Shown: piece by piece, positions 53,813-63,259 of the stretch
How the letters are laid out: each line of letters starts with the position of its first letter
How positions within the stretch are numbered: position 1 is the stretch's first letter
Sequence record: KX397371.1
Length of the DNA: 64,000 bases
Reading direction: 5' to 3' (one strand)
The notes under the pieces: model-generated
Seen by the model: the letters and a program-made list of their open reading frames with translations, nothing else
Told to the model about the DNA's origin: nothing
Database searches by the model: none
Translations under genes and position numbers: made by a program

Positions 53813-55615
53813 ATGGTTATCACTGCTACTGCTTCTGACCGTTGTGCATCAATTGGCGCGTTACGCGCGAGCGAACCGGTATTCCCCGGACAACGTATTG
53901 ATTTGAAAGAATATCGTCAAGGCTCCGGCTTTGGTGGTGGTTTCTTTATTCACGACGACACCGACACGTCGACTCCTGATGATGGCGGCTATTGTGTTGT
54001 CACCCCTAAAGGTGCCCGCTGGAAACGTGCACTGAATTCCCTACATGAGCTGAATATTTGTCACTTCGGCGCAGAAGGGAACGGAGTCGATACCGCAGAC
54101 GCGTTCGCGCGAATGATGGCCTTCTCCCAAAAGAACATTCCGGGTATGGGCGTGCAGTATCCGACCGGTACCTTTAAACTGTCAAGCTTCTCCAACACAA
54201 AAGAGCTGGCACGTTTCCGCGTTGCCGGTGCACCGATTGACGCTGACTACGGTTACTTCACGGGCACCACGCTTTACGGCAACAACGACCAAGAAGGGTT
54301 CATCTTGGATATCGTTGCACGCCGTACTGCTATTTCGAATATCAACTTCGAAGGGGCGGTGGATATCACCGTGGCGACCAACAAGAAGGTCGCCGGTAAG
54401 ATGGGCTTCCTGCGCAACACCTGTCCGGGTGGTCAGTATCTCCGCGTCAGTAACTGGACCAGTTCGTTTGTGGGTGGCGTGGCCTTTAGCATCCTTGATG
54501 CACTGGACACCAAGTTCGACCAGTTCTACGTGTCTAAACACACCAACAGCTTTATTCGTGGTCGTTGGTCTGGCCAGACATGGGGTGTGTGGGATCACGA
54601 AACCGCCATTGAGCTGTGCAACTTCAACATCCAGAGTTGCACTGGCCCACATGCGCTTGACCTGCCGCGTGCGACCCAATCGCAAATTACCAACGGTTGG
54701 ATTGAGCACACCGAGAATCCGGGCGACCTGTCTGATGGCCATTGGCTGATTGACAACTTCTCGATTGAAGACTCGGGTAAAATGCTGATTCAAAACGCCC
54801 GCCTGACGCGCCATCACATCAACCTGCAAGGGACGAGTGGTTTCGACAAGGGCACCGGCGTATCGAATTGGCCGGGTCTGTCTGGGTACGAGAAAGGTGA
54901 CCTGCAACTCGAATGGCACGGTATTGAAGCTGCGGGTTCTATCGCTGCGAAATACTTTGCCCCTATCGGTCGCATGGATAACAACAAAGCTACTTCACAG
55001 TGGTTCTATCTGGGCAGCATCCGCACCACCGGTGTGGGTGAGAACGTCAAGATTACCCTGCAAGGCACCCGTGGTTATAACGGTGTGAACGCCAGTGAAA
55101 CCCGTTTGGGTGGCGGTGGTAGTGCACACGGTGCGGGTATTATCAGCATCAAAACGGTCTCGTCTAACTACGCTGATGTGCAGTGGGACGGCGAAGGCTC
55201 TTGTCCGGTGAAGAACGTGAAGTTCACGAAACCGTTCAAGAACACCTGTCACCTGTTCGTTGAGCTGTTTGACTGGACGCGTTACATTTCGCCGAAAGTT
55301 GAGGTGACTTCGAAGTCACGTTTTGAAGCCGGTATTCCATTCGACTTCAGTTTCGTAGGCACACCGATTTCGCTTGAAGAAATGCAAGCGATGGCTGATG
55401 CGCAGACTGCGGCAGCGGGTAACACCGTGACACTGAACGATGCCATTACCGGCATGTATCTGGGTGCCAAGAACGGTATTGGTTGGAACGGAAACGGTGA
55501 ACTGCTGTTACGCTTTGCATTAACTAACGGGTATTTACCTGTGCGGATTACCGATCCGGTAACCGAACGTGTAACCCAAGGGTACATCAAAGTCGAAACA
55601 TCGTTGCCGGTGTAA
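53813..55615 (+). CDS. amsF: AmsF/WceF-like tailspike-fold (beta-helix) exopolysaccharide-modifying protein
   Basis: GSGFGGGFF..DDGG, RVAGAP..YGYF..TTL, NTCPGGQY, WDHETAIELCNFN, LPRATQSQITNGWIEHTENPGDLSDGHW match Erwinia AmsF as I recall it; no signal peptide. Confidence 0.85.
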   Translation: MVITATASDRCASIGALRASEPVFPGQRIDLKEYRQGSGFGGGFFIHDDTDTSTPDDGGYCVVTPKGARWKRALNSLHELNICHFGAEGNGVDTADAFARMMAFSQKNIPGMGVQYPTGTFKLSSFSNTKELARFRVAGAPIDADYGYFTGTTLYGNNDQEGFILDIVARRTAISNINFEGAVDITVATNKKVAGKMGFLRNTCPGGQYLRVSNWTSSFVGGVAFSILDALDTKFDQFYVSKHTNSFIRGRWSGQTWGVWDHETAIELCNFNIQSCTGPHALDLPRATQSQITNGWIEHTENPGDLSDGHWLIDNFSIEDSGKMLIQNARLTRHHINLQGTSGFDKGTGVSNWPGLSGYEKGDLQLEWHGIEAAGSIAAKYFAPIGRMDNNKATSQWFYLGSIRTTGVGENVKITLQGTRGYNGVNASETRLGGGGSAHGAGIISIKTVSSNYADVQWDGEGSCPVKNVKFTKPFKNTCHLFVELFDWTRYISPKVEVTSKSRFEAGIPFDFSFVGTPISLEEMQAMADAQTAAAGNTVTLNDAITGMYLGAKNGIGWNGNGELLLRFALTNGYLPVRITDPVTERVTQGYIKVETSLPV

Positions 55616-55753
55616 TATTGTGTGGGACACCTCGGTGTCCCACTTTATTCTTTTTTTGTGCCAAACAAGATGGGCCTTTAATATGCTGGCAGGGGGTTAA
55701 CACTACCGCGGTAGTGTTTGGCCTTATTACACCTTAATAACCGAGTTAACGCG

Positions 55754-56548
55754 ATGTCTTTTAAATCCAAACAGAATCTGCTTAAACTCATCAACAAAGA
55801 GAACAAAATCTCCCCGGAGCTGACGTTCGATGATGTTGATATCTCTCTGCCGGAGGTGGTTTCAGTCGACGGTCGTGATTCAAAGGTTACGTTAACCTCG
55901 AAAATCAGGGGCGACGAAGGATCACAGGTTGAGGTGACATACCACCGTCGCGATCTACCTGACTATATTCTCGGCGATCTGAGGTTCGATACAATCGGTG
56001 TGGTCACGACCCACGATTATATTCCCGCGCTAAACGATCGTTTCGATTTGAACCTGCTTCCGGAAGACCTGGAAGACGCCCCGGTCGCGGGTGATTCGCA
56101 TACGGTAGTTGCCGTGCCGACATCACACGAATGGCGTGGGAGCGTTACATTACAACTTGTTACCGCAGTACCGTTAGCATCTGTTGTCCCTCTTACTGAA
56201 TTAGATGGACTGTTGTATCCTGATCATCAAACGACGTCGCTGGGGCAAGCCTCCGTGTACTCGTACTATTTGGATGCAAGTAAACTGGCTAGCTGGGTTC
56301 CTTCACTGCGCGCCGGTACAGCAGACATGACTGCCTTTGCGAAGGCGTTAAATACGATTGTACCTGAGCTGTGGGTAAATGAACTCAATGCGGTACCTTA
56401 CAACCTTTCACAAGCAGTAGTCCAGTTTTACGGCAGCCCGTCGAAGATTGCTGGTACGAACCCGGCGTTTGACAGTGTCCTCGGCTTAGAGTTGGGCCCA
56501 CTGTGTACGAACTTCCAGGGCACCTTACTGCTGCACTTTAACAACTAG
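55754..56548 (+). CDS. Tail-associated virion protein, paralogue 1
   Basis: LLKLINKEN...YHR...LN..FDL.L...D...GQA.VYSY...W...G.LLLHFN family pattern; start could be 55718. Confidence 0.7.
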   Translation: MSFKSKQNLLKLINKENKISPELTFDDVDISLPEVVSVDGRDSKVTLTSKIRGDEGSQVEVTYHRRDLPDYILGDLRFDTIGVVTTHDYIPALNDRFDLNLLPEDLEDAPVAGDSHTVVAVPTSHEWRGSVTLQLVTAVPLASVVPLTELDGLLYPDHQTTSLGQASVYSYYLDASKLASWVPSLRAGTADMTAFAKALNTIVPELWVNELNAVPYNLSQAVVQFYGSPSKIAGTNPAFDSVLGLELGPLCTNFQGTLLLHFNN

Positions 56549-56557
56549 GAGGGCTGA

Positions 56558-57400
56558 GTGTCTATCTACAAGAAACCCTCACGCGAGATGTTGTTAGATG
56601 CCATCAACCGCCAGAACAATCTGACGGCAAAACCCCTGACATGGAACCAAATCGCTTCGGGTTATCCTGAAGAGGTGTTGACTCCTGGGGCTGATCGCAA
56701 TACCCGTGTGCTGTTATACGGTCTGAACGGTCAGGGCTATAAAGGGAACGTCACGATTGAGTACGACCGTATTCTCATGTCGATTTTGTTCCGCAATGTG
56801 ATCCCAGTGGTGATTACCAATCCGGTCGATAAAGTTTCCCAACTGTTGCCTGCCATAAACGAGAAGTACGGCCTGTCACTGGTTGCCAGCGACATTGAAG
56901 ACTTCTCCGTGAAAGACATGGGTGAGAATTGGATTGCAGACGTCAACATTAAACCGGCCTGTCTGGCTTGGAAGGGTACGTTCAAACTGCGTTACGCGAA
57001 GTTCTTCCCGAACCTTGCCGATGCGGTCATGGACCAAGCCCTGTTGGCGATTATCCCACCGTTTACTGTCGCTGCGAAACCGCAAGCGGAATACGTGGCG
57101 TACGGATACGACTGGACGAACATGCTGCAACAGTTCGGAACTGATTGGGCGTACAACCGTGCGCTAACTGCTGATGATGTGGATTTGCTCAACGAGGTCG
57201 TGCCATTGAAATTTGGCTACGTCACCGGAGCCACTGCACAAACCGGGCAGATTGCGTTACAGGGTGCGCGCTTTATGGGAACGGCTGCCGTTACACCGGG
57301 TGACCAGTATGACGACTCGTTCCAGCGTGTGGCGGTTATCAAGCTAGCGGCAGACAGCAACTACGCGGGTAATCTCATCCTTCACTATCTGCCGATATAA
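56558..57400 (+). CDS. Tail-associated virion protein, paralogue 2
   Basis: LLDAINRQN, RNT, GYKG..EYDR, INEKYGL, GNLILHY. Confidence 0.7.
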   Translation: MSIYKKPSREMLLDAINRQNNLTAKPLTWNQIASGYPEEVLTPGADRNTRVLLYGLNGQGYKGNVTIEYDRILMSILFRNVIPVVITNPVDKVSQLLPAINEKYGLSLVASDIEDFSVKDMGENWIADVNIKPACLAWKGTFKLRYAKFFPNLADAVMDQALLAIIPPFTVAAKPQAEYVAYGYDWTNMLQQFGTDWAYNRALTADDVDLLNEVVPLKFGYVTGATAQTGQIALQGARFMGTAAVTPGDQYDDSFQRVAVIKLAADSNYAGNLILHYLPI

Positions 57401-57408
57401 GGATTCCC

Positions 57409-58254
57409 ATGCCACTTTTAGCTACCGCAGAAGAAGTTATTCTGAAAGCGTTGAATACCGAAAACAGTCTCGACCTTAAAGTCGCAGAGGTGGTCTTCGG
57501 TACACCGGCCATTCCTACAGAACCGGACGATGTCACCAAAGCCCAGGGCTTAAACAGCATGGTGCGTATCCAAGCATTGGCGACTGCTAATGCCATTGGA
57601 GCCACCACCGTGTACTACGACCGGGTCGACTTTGCCGACATGTTTACCGGCGTGGACGGTATCCAGCCGATGCGCATTCCCGCGCGTTTAGATGCTGTCT
57701 TTACCGCACACCAAATCGTGGGGTTGATTAACCAATACTACGGTTTGAGTCTACGGGCGAATGATATTGTTGATACGGACATCGACCGCAAAACCTGGAT
57801 GATGGATTTGATTGCAACACCAACCTCCTTAGGGTGGATTGGACAGCAGCAGATTCAGCTGTTACCAGGTGATGCCCTCCTGCCGATCAACTTTGAACCG
57901 GTGACGGTGATGCCGTACGAGTACCCGTACTTCAATACGAAGGTCGGGCAATCCGCAGTGTATTCGTATCCATGGCGTTTTGACAATTATGCAGCAGAGT
58001 TCCAGAACGCTGGGTTGTATATCACCCCTGAGCGTCTGGCGCAGATTCTGAAGACAGTCACCGGCGACGGGTGGATGGTGTACCGTAACCCGGTTAACTA
58101 CAACCTGAAAGAAGCCATCGTGGTGTATAACGGCCCGAACAAAGCATCGTTCCCGACCAACCCCTCGATTGACAATGTTCTGGTAGTCGAGCTGTCACTG
58201 TACAGTCTTAACCTTGGTGGACGTTTGTACCTCCACTACAACGATCCTGATTAA
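57409..58254 (+). CDS. Tail-associated virion protein, paralogue 3
   Basis: ALNTEN, VYYDR, INQYYGL, GQSAVYSY, GRLYLHYN. Confidence 0.7.
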   Translation: MPLLATAEEVILKALNTENSLDLKVAEVVFGTPAIPTEPDDVTKAQGLNSMVRIQALATANAIGATTVYYDRVDFADMFTGVDGIQPMRIPARLDAVFTAHQIVGLINQYYGLSLRANDIVDTDIDRKTWMMDLIATPTSLGWIGQQQIQLLPGDALLPINFEPVTVMPYEYPYFNTKVGQSAVYSYPWRFDNYAAEFQNAGLYITPERLAQILKTVTGDGWMVYRNPVNYNLKEAIVVYNGPNKASFPTNPSIDNVLVVELSLYSLNLGGRLYLHYNDPD

Positions 58255-58274
58255 TCCTGAGTAAGGGAAGTTAA

Positions 58275-59186
58275 ATGAAACCTTTAAACAAAACGTCTGA
58301 CCTGCTGGTTCTGGACTTCATCAACGAAAAGAACCCAGGTGCCGACCTCGAGTTGGGCAAAGTCAAACTGGGTACGCCGGTTCCGATTACCGAAGAAGAC
58401 GCCGACCGTAACACCTCGCTGGAACTGACCGCACGTAAGAACTCCGGTTACATCGGCAAACAAGGCGTTACCTACGACCGTTTGGAAGGTGTGTCGCTGT
58501 TCCGTAACGTCACTGCGTATCTGGACGTCAAGTTGCCGAAAACCACCACCGATCTGCTGCCAACCCTGAACGCGCAGTATGGCCTCAAAATCACCGAAGA
58601 CGATATCGTCCCGGCGGCGATTGCAGACAACACCAACCCACCGTTGACTGACCCGGAAGCGCCAGACCCGGCCCCGGTTGATCATGACATCGTCTTCAAA
58701 GACGACTGCTATGCGTACCTCGGTAAAATCGCGGTGAAAATTGGGCCACGTCCACAGGTGGGTGAGCGTTTGAGCTTGGTCGTTACCCAGACCAAACTTG
58801 ATGGCTTGGTGTACCCGGATGGTCCGTCTGATGATAAAGGTCAGGCGTACATCTACTCCTACGGCATCGACGCCTCGGCAATTGCACCGTTCTTGGATGT
58901 GCAGGCAACTGGCGTTATGGCCAACGATACCGCGTTTGCGGTTGAGCTGAACAAAGTGGTGCCTGAGCTGTGGGTTGCGGACGATGCTGTCCACGACTAC
59001 AACCTGAAAGGCGCGAACGTGCTGTACGTGGGTCTGACTGCGGATGACGGTACTGCAACCGGTACCGATCCGAAGAAACCGGTAGAAGGTGCGAACCTGT
59101 CCTACAACAAAGTGATGTTGCTGGAGCTGGACGACACCAAGTGCTCTAACTTCACCGGTATCATGTTCCTGCACTTCAATGCCTAA
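58275..59186 (+). CDS. Tail-associated virion protein, paralogue 4
   Basis: FINEKN, RNT, GYIG..TYDR, LNAQYGL, GQAYIYSY, GIMFLHFN; hairpin at 59195-59224. Confidence 0.7.
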   Translation: MKPLNKTSDLLVLDFINEKNPGADLELGKVKLGTPVPITEEDADRNTSLELTARKNSGYIGKQGVTYDRLEGVSLFRNVTAYLDVKLPKTTTDLLPTLNAQYGLKITEDDIVPAAIADNTNPPLTDPEAPDPAPVDHDIVFKDDCYAYLGKIAVKIGPRPQVGERLSLVVTQTKLDGLVYPDGPSDDKGQAYIYSYGIDASAIAPFLDVQATGVMANDTAFAVELNKVVPELWVADDAVHDYNLKGANVLYVGLTADDGTATGTDPKKPVEGANLSYNKVMLLELDDTKCSNFTGIMFLHFNA

Positions 59187-59257
59187 GTAGGTCTCGCTGG
59201 GAGGGGGAAATCCTCCTCCCGGCGTTCTCCTTTCTTTTTTAGGCCGAGGAGGCTAGC

Positions 59258-60097
59258 ATGGCTTTATACAGTCTGTCTCAGCGACAGTTCCTGTACGATG
59301 CGATTAACGCGGAGAACCCAGGGGCCATTGAGCCGATGGGACTGAACAACGCCGACATTGGCGTACCGAAAGCCATTCCCGCGACCCCCAGTGGAGCCAA
59401 CACCGAGATTACCGTTCGTGGGCGTCAAGGGCGTGGTTACGTGGGCGTACAGACCTTCCGTTACAAACGTCTGTCCCTGAATGATTTGTTCAAGAACATG
59501 ACGCCACAGGTGACTTCTCCGAATGCGTACGGGTGGCTCAACGTATTGTCGAAGAAGACCGCGTTTGTGCAAAACATCAACGGCCGTTATGGCATGAATT
59601 TGGTGCCGGACGATATCCCGGATGTGTACGTTTACCTGAACGTGAATAACACAGTGTCAGTGAAAGCGAGCTGTATTCAATATATCGGCTCCATTACCTT
59701 CCTGTCTATCCGGGGCAAGAACAACTTGGAAGAACTGGTGGTGAACGATATTCTGAACGAACTGTCACACCCAGTCCCGCCGAAAGACGGGAAGAAATCC
59801 ATGGCGCTGTTGACTTACGGTCAGGACTTTACTGACGAAGTCCAAGTCATGAACTCGTTTAAGAACGGGCGTCTGGATGTGGGCAGTAACTTTGATAGCG
59901 GCTACACCACCAACTTGATGGCAACCTTGGTTGCGCGCGGACTACCAAGCTTTGACCCGACCGGGGTAAATGTGACCCGTTCGAAGACCACAGCCGTGAC
60001 GGGTGCGAACACAGCGTACGATAACGTGCTGGTATTGAGTGATATTACCCTCGATGCCAACGTCGCTGGCAGCTGCATGCTTCACTACAACGATTAG
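59258..60097 (+). CDS. Tail-associated virion protein, paralogue 5
   Basis: AINAEN, GYVG..RYKR, INGRYGM, GSCMLHYN. Confidence 0.7.
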   Translation: MALYSLSQRQFLYDAINAENPGAIEPMGLNNADIGVPKAIPATPSGANTEITVRGRQGRGYVGVQTFRYKRLSLNDLFKNMTPQVTSPNAYGWLNVLSKKTAFVQNINGRYGMNLVPDDIPDVYVYLNVNNTVSVKASCIQYIGSITFLSIRGKNNLEELVVNDILNELSHPVPPKDGKKSMALLTYGQDFTDEVQVMNSFKNGRLDVGSNFDSGYTTNLMATLVARGLPSFDPTGVNVTRSKTTAVTGANTAYDNVLVLSDITLDANVAGSCMLHYND

Positions 60098-60107
60098 GAA
60101 ATAACTA

Positions 60108-60995
60108 ATGGCTATTTATCAACCTTCGAAAGACGTCCTGTTGGCGGCAGTGAACAGCCAGAACTCGCTGAGCGTTAAGATGACCGACATCGTGTGGTCT
60201 GCACCGAAGGACATCCGTGGGACCGACAAGGAAACCACCACCCAGCGTAACACGATGGTGAAAATCACCGCCGACGGTGTGGTAGGCTCTACTTGGTCGG
60301 GAAAGAAAAACCTGTACTACAACCGCATGAAAGTGCAAGACCTCGCCATCATCCTGGGTGATACCCTGGCGATTGGTCCGTCTAACTCGACACTGCATGC
60401 TGCTTTGGTGGGTCTGAATCAGCGCTACGGTTTTGCGCTGGAAAACACCGACTGGTTAGAAGCCGACATCGAATGGAACGGTGACAAAACCGCCGGTACC
60501 GTGAAAGTGACCGCTGACCCAGACTCCCTAGGCTGGATTGGCACCTACACCTTCAAAGTAGTGAAAGGTGACGAGTCCTTGGTGTCCTCTGTAACCACCA
60601 ACGTTCTGACCGGTCTCAAATACCCGAACGGGCAGATGGGTTCCGAAACCGTCAGTGCGATTATCGCTCCGGTGTACTCGTATCCGTACAACTTCACCAA
60701 GTACCGCGACACCCTGTTGGCATACACCCCAGGCGTCCTGTCTGGTCAGCCACTGACCGACATGGTCAATCTGCTGAAGGACATCACCGGGACGGCGTGG
60801 GTAGCAACCACTGCGGCTTCTTACGGTCTGGCGGGTGCAGAAGTGCTGAGCGTGGGTCTCAACGATCCAGTTGCAATGCCAACCAACGCGAAGTACAAGT
60901 ACGCCTTGGCCCTCAAACTGCCTGCGACCTGTACCACCATCGTCGGTACCCTGTACCTCCAGTTCAACGACCTGGACGACCCAAGCGAGGTATAA
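60108..60995 (+). CDS. Tail-associated virion protein, paralogue 6
   Basis: AVNSQN, RNT, YYNR, LNQRYGF, VYSYPY, GTLYLQFN. Confidence 0.7.
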   Translation: MAIYQPSKDVLLAAVNSQNSLSVKMTDIVWSAPKDIRGTDKETTTQRNTMVKITADGVVGSTWSGKKNLYYNRMKVQDLAIILGDTLAIGPSNSTLHAALVGLNQRYGFALENTDWLEADIEWNGDKTAGTVKVTADPDSLGWIGTYTFKVVKGDESLVSSVTTNVLTGLKYPNGQMGSETVSAIIAPVYSYPYNFTKYRDTLLAYTPGVLSGQPLTDMVNLLKDITGTAWVATTAASYGLAGAEVLSVGLNDPVAMPTNAKYKYALALKLPATCTTIVGTLYLQFNDLDDPSEV

Positions 60996-60998
60996 TGA

Positions 60999-61826
60999 AT
61001 GCTCAACTATGCTAAGCCGTCGAACGAACTGGTCTTTGACCTGATTAACCGCGACAACCCGAACCTGCCGTTTAAGGCCGATGCCTCCAACTGTATCGTT
61101 GAGAAAATCACGAACGTTGCCGTCAATGCCGCGTCGAATAACCGCAATACCTCAGCCCGTCTGCGCGGGGTGCAGGGTACCGGCTTCCGTGATGCGATTA
61201 CGGTGTACTACGACCGTGTGAACCTGGGACGTTTGTTACCTTGGGGCACCACGGTACAGGCACAGTTCGTCACCTTTGATGCACCCAACCTCCATGGGGC
61301 GTTTGCCGTGCTGCTCGATACCTACGGGGTGAACTTCTCCGCTATCGACATCACCAACTACGGCCTGAATGGGGTGAAGCAGGCGAACTATACATCTACC
61401 ACCACCATTAATGCCTTGGCGACATCCCCGGCGTACGTCGGGTCGGCCAACGTGCGTTACAGTCGTGGTCTGCCGGTACTGGATACCTCCATTACTAAAG
61501 AGGTACTGGTCGCGCTTCAGGAGCCGGTTGATCCGGCGCTGGGTCAGAAGTGTATTGACATGCTGACCTACGGTATTGACTTCACCGCGTACCGTAACCT
61601 GTTGACTGTCGATTCGTCTGGTCTGCCGCAATGGGCGGGTCTGCGTAAGGTGCTCGATGACCTCGGTGTGCCGAGCTATTCCGGTCCGTTGAACAGCAAC
61701 ACCGTGCAGGACGTGGCAACGTCAACGGCCCAATTCGCCAACAAAATCTATGACCGTGTGGTTATCCAAACGGGTATCGATGAAGCGGGTGTGAAGGGCG
61801 TGGCGTATTATCACTACAACAGCTAA
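60999..61826 (+). CDS. Tail-associated virion protein, paralogue 7
   Basis: LINRDN, RNT, VYYDRVNL, GVAYYHYN. Confidence 0.7.
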   Translation: MLNYAKPSNELVFDLINRDNPNLPFKADASNCIVEKITNVAVNAASNNRNTSARLRGVQGTGFRDAITVYYDRVNLGRLLPWGTTVQAQFVTFDAPNLHGAFAVLLDTYGVNFSAIDITNYGLNGVKQANYTSTTTINALATSPAYVGSANVRYSRGLPVLDTSITKEVLVALQEPVDPALGQKCIDMLTYGIDFTAYRNLLTVDSSGLPQWAGLRKVLDDLGVPSYSGPLNSNTVQDVATSTAQFANKIYDRVVIQTGIDEAGVKGVAYYHYNS

Positions 61827-61873
61827 GTGTGGGGGTCCTTCGGGACCCCTTCTTCTGGCGATGCGGAGTCCCT

Positions 61874-63247
61874 ATGCTTTTTTATTCTAAGGAGGCAGCG
61901 CTGCTCGTGTATGACCAAGTCAATCGGGATAATCCTGACTTGGTAGTAGAGTTGACGCCAGCTATCGCCGCCTTAACCAGTGGCCCGACAGTAGTATCGT
62001 CAAACGGCCGCAACACGAAAGCTGTCTTTACCGGATTTCCGGGTTCGGGGTTGCAAGGTAACGTAACCCTTTTTTACGACCGCATTAACCTGTCGACTTT
62101 ATTTAACTTTGTACCGAAAGTCTACATGCCGGATGCCGTGCGCAATTATCGTGACGCGTTACCGGTTATCAATGAAGCTTTAGGGTTGTCGTTGACCGCG
62201 AACGACATTACCACACCCGATGCGCTACTGACACAATCGTCAGCCGCACCCCAGTCAGGCAAAATTACAATCGACGGTAACTGTCCGGCCTTTACCGGTG
62301 CCATCAGCTTTACGTATATGCTGGAAGGGGCAGGCTTTTATCCTGACTCAGGCCCTGGACCGAAAACCTTATTGCAAGGCGACAGCCTGCGTGGTTATTT
62401 CGGTGTGGTGGATGCCGCCGAACTGTTTACCCACAAAGCACTTATTGATACGGTGTTCTTGAAAGGAACGAAGCCGGTGTTGAGTCCCGGTACCGAAGGG
62501 TGGCACAAATTCTTCTATCAAGGACGGGTGCTGTACTTCCCGGTGAGCGCCATCGGCTACACTATTGCCTGGCAAACGTTGTACGGCGAAGGATTGGTCT
62601 ATGGCGTAGACGGCCCTGGCCCCTATCCGTCGGGCACGCCGGTTGACCAAGGTCGCATTATTGCTGCCGACTCCGTCAGCGAAGGTCGCTTCTATTACCG
62701 CTGTCGTTTACCGGCGCTGGGCAAAGACCCGGTGTCGGCGACCAACCTGCTACCGGCAACGGAATACGCGGGCAGTGAACTAGAGATGTTCAATTATCTC
62801 TATAACGGAAAGTGGGCAGCATTGCGGGGCGCTGCATGGACGGTGTACATCATGACGCAGGCCAGTGTCGTGGGGACGTTAACCAACCACAAGGTTATCA
62901 CCGGTTCTCTTGCCGCTTCAACCAACATACCGAAAACCACGGCGAGCACCAGCTACACCTGGTTCCCGGTGCTGGAGTTGGTTGACAAAAACGGCACGAC
63001 CTTAGGACTGGAAGAGATCAAGGGTAATGTTGACCATACGCTTTCTCCGATTCTTTTCGATACCACTAACACGATGGAACTCCATCCGGTGGTGTTAGGT
63101 AATCCACGTACCGTTGAATTTGCCCCGGTGCTGTTCTCTGCGGATAACAGTATGGCGTTGCATCCGGTGACGTTAGGCTTACCGAAGACCGTGGACTTCA
63201 CCCCCATCACCTTTACGGCTGAGCTATATACCCCGCCGGAAAGTTAA
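61874..63247 (+). CDS. Chimeric tail-associated protein: paralogue-type N-domain, second-family C-domain and 26-aa repeats
   Basis: VNRDN/RNT/FYDRINL N-half; GYFGVV, WHKF..GRVLY, WQTLY..GLVYG C-half. ATG 61874 chosen because it matches the paralogue N-termini. Confidence 0.7.
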   Translation: MLFYSKEAALLVYDQVNRDNPDLVVELTPAIAALTSGPTVVSSNGRNTKAVFTGFPGSGLQGNVTLFYDRINLSTLFNFVPKVYMPDAVRNYRDALPVINEALGLSLTANDITTPDALLTQSSAAPQSGKITIDGNCPAFTGAISFTYMLEGAGFYPDSGPGPKTLLQGDSLRGYFGVVDAAELFTHKALIDTVFLKGTKPVLSPGTEGWHKFFYQGRVLYFPVSAIGYTIAWQTLYGEGLVYGVDGPGPYPSGTPVDQGRIIAADSVSEGRFYYRCRLPALGKDPVSATNLLPATEYAGSELEMFNYLYNGKWAALRGAAWTVYIMTQASVVGTLTNHKVITGSLAASTNIPKTTASTSYTWFPVLELVDKNGTTLGLEEIKGNVDHTLSPILFDTTNTMELHPVVLGNPRTVEFAPVLFSADNSMALHPVTLGLPKTVDFTPITFTAELYTPPES

Positions 63248-63259
63248 GAGGTAGTTATC

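Noticed and set aside
58284-59174. 296-aa antisense ORF (similar ones at 16256-17170, 23464-24309, 30093-30887 and 54182-54919)
   Set aside because: Same shadow-ORF effect over well-supported plus-strand genes.
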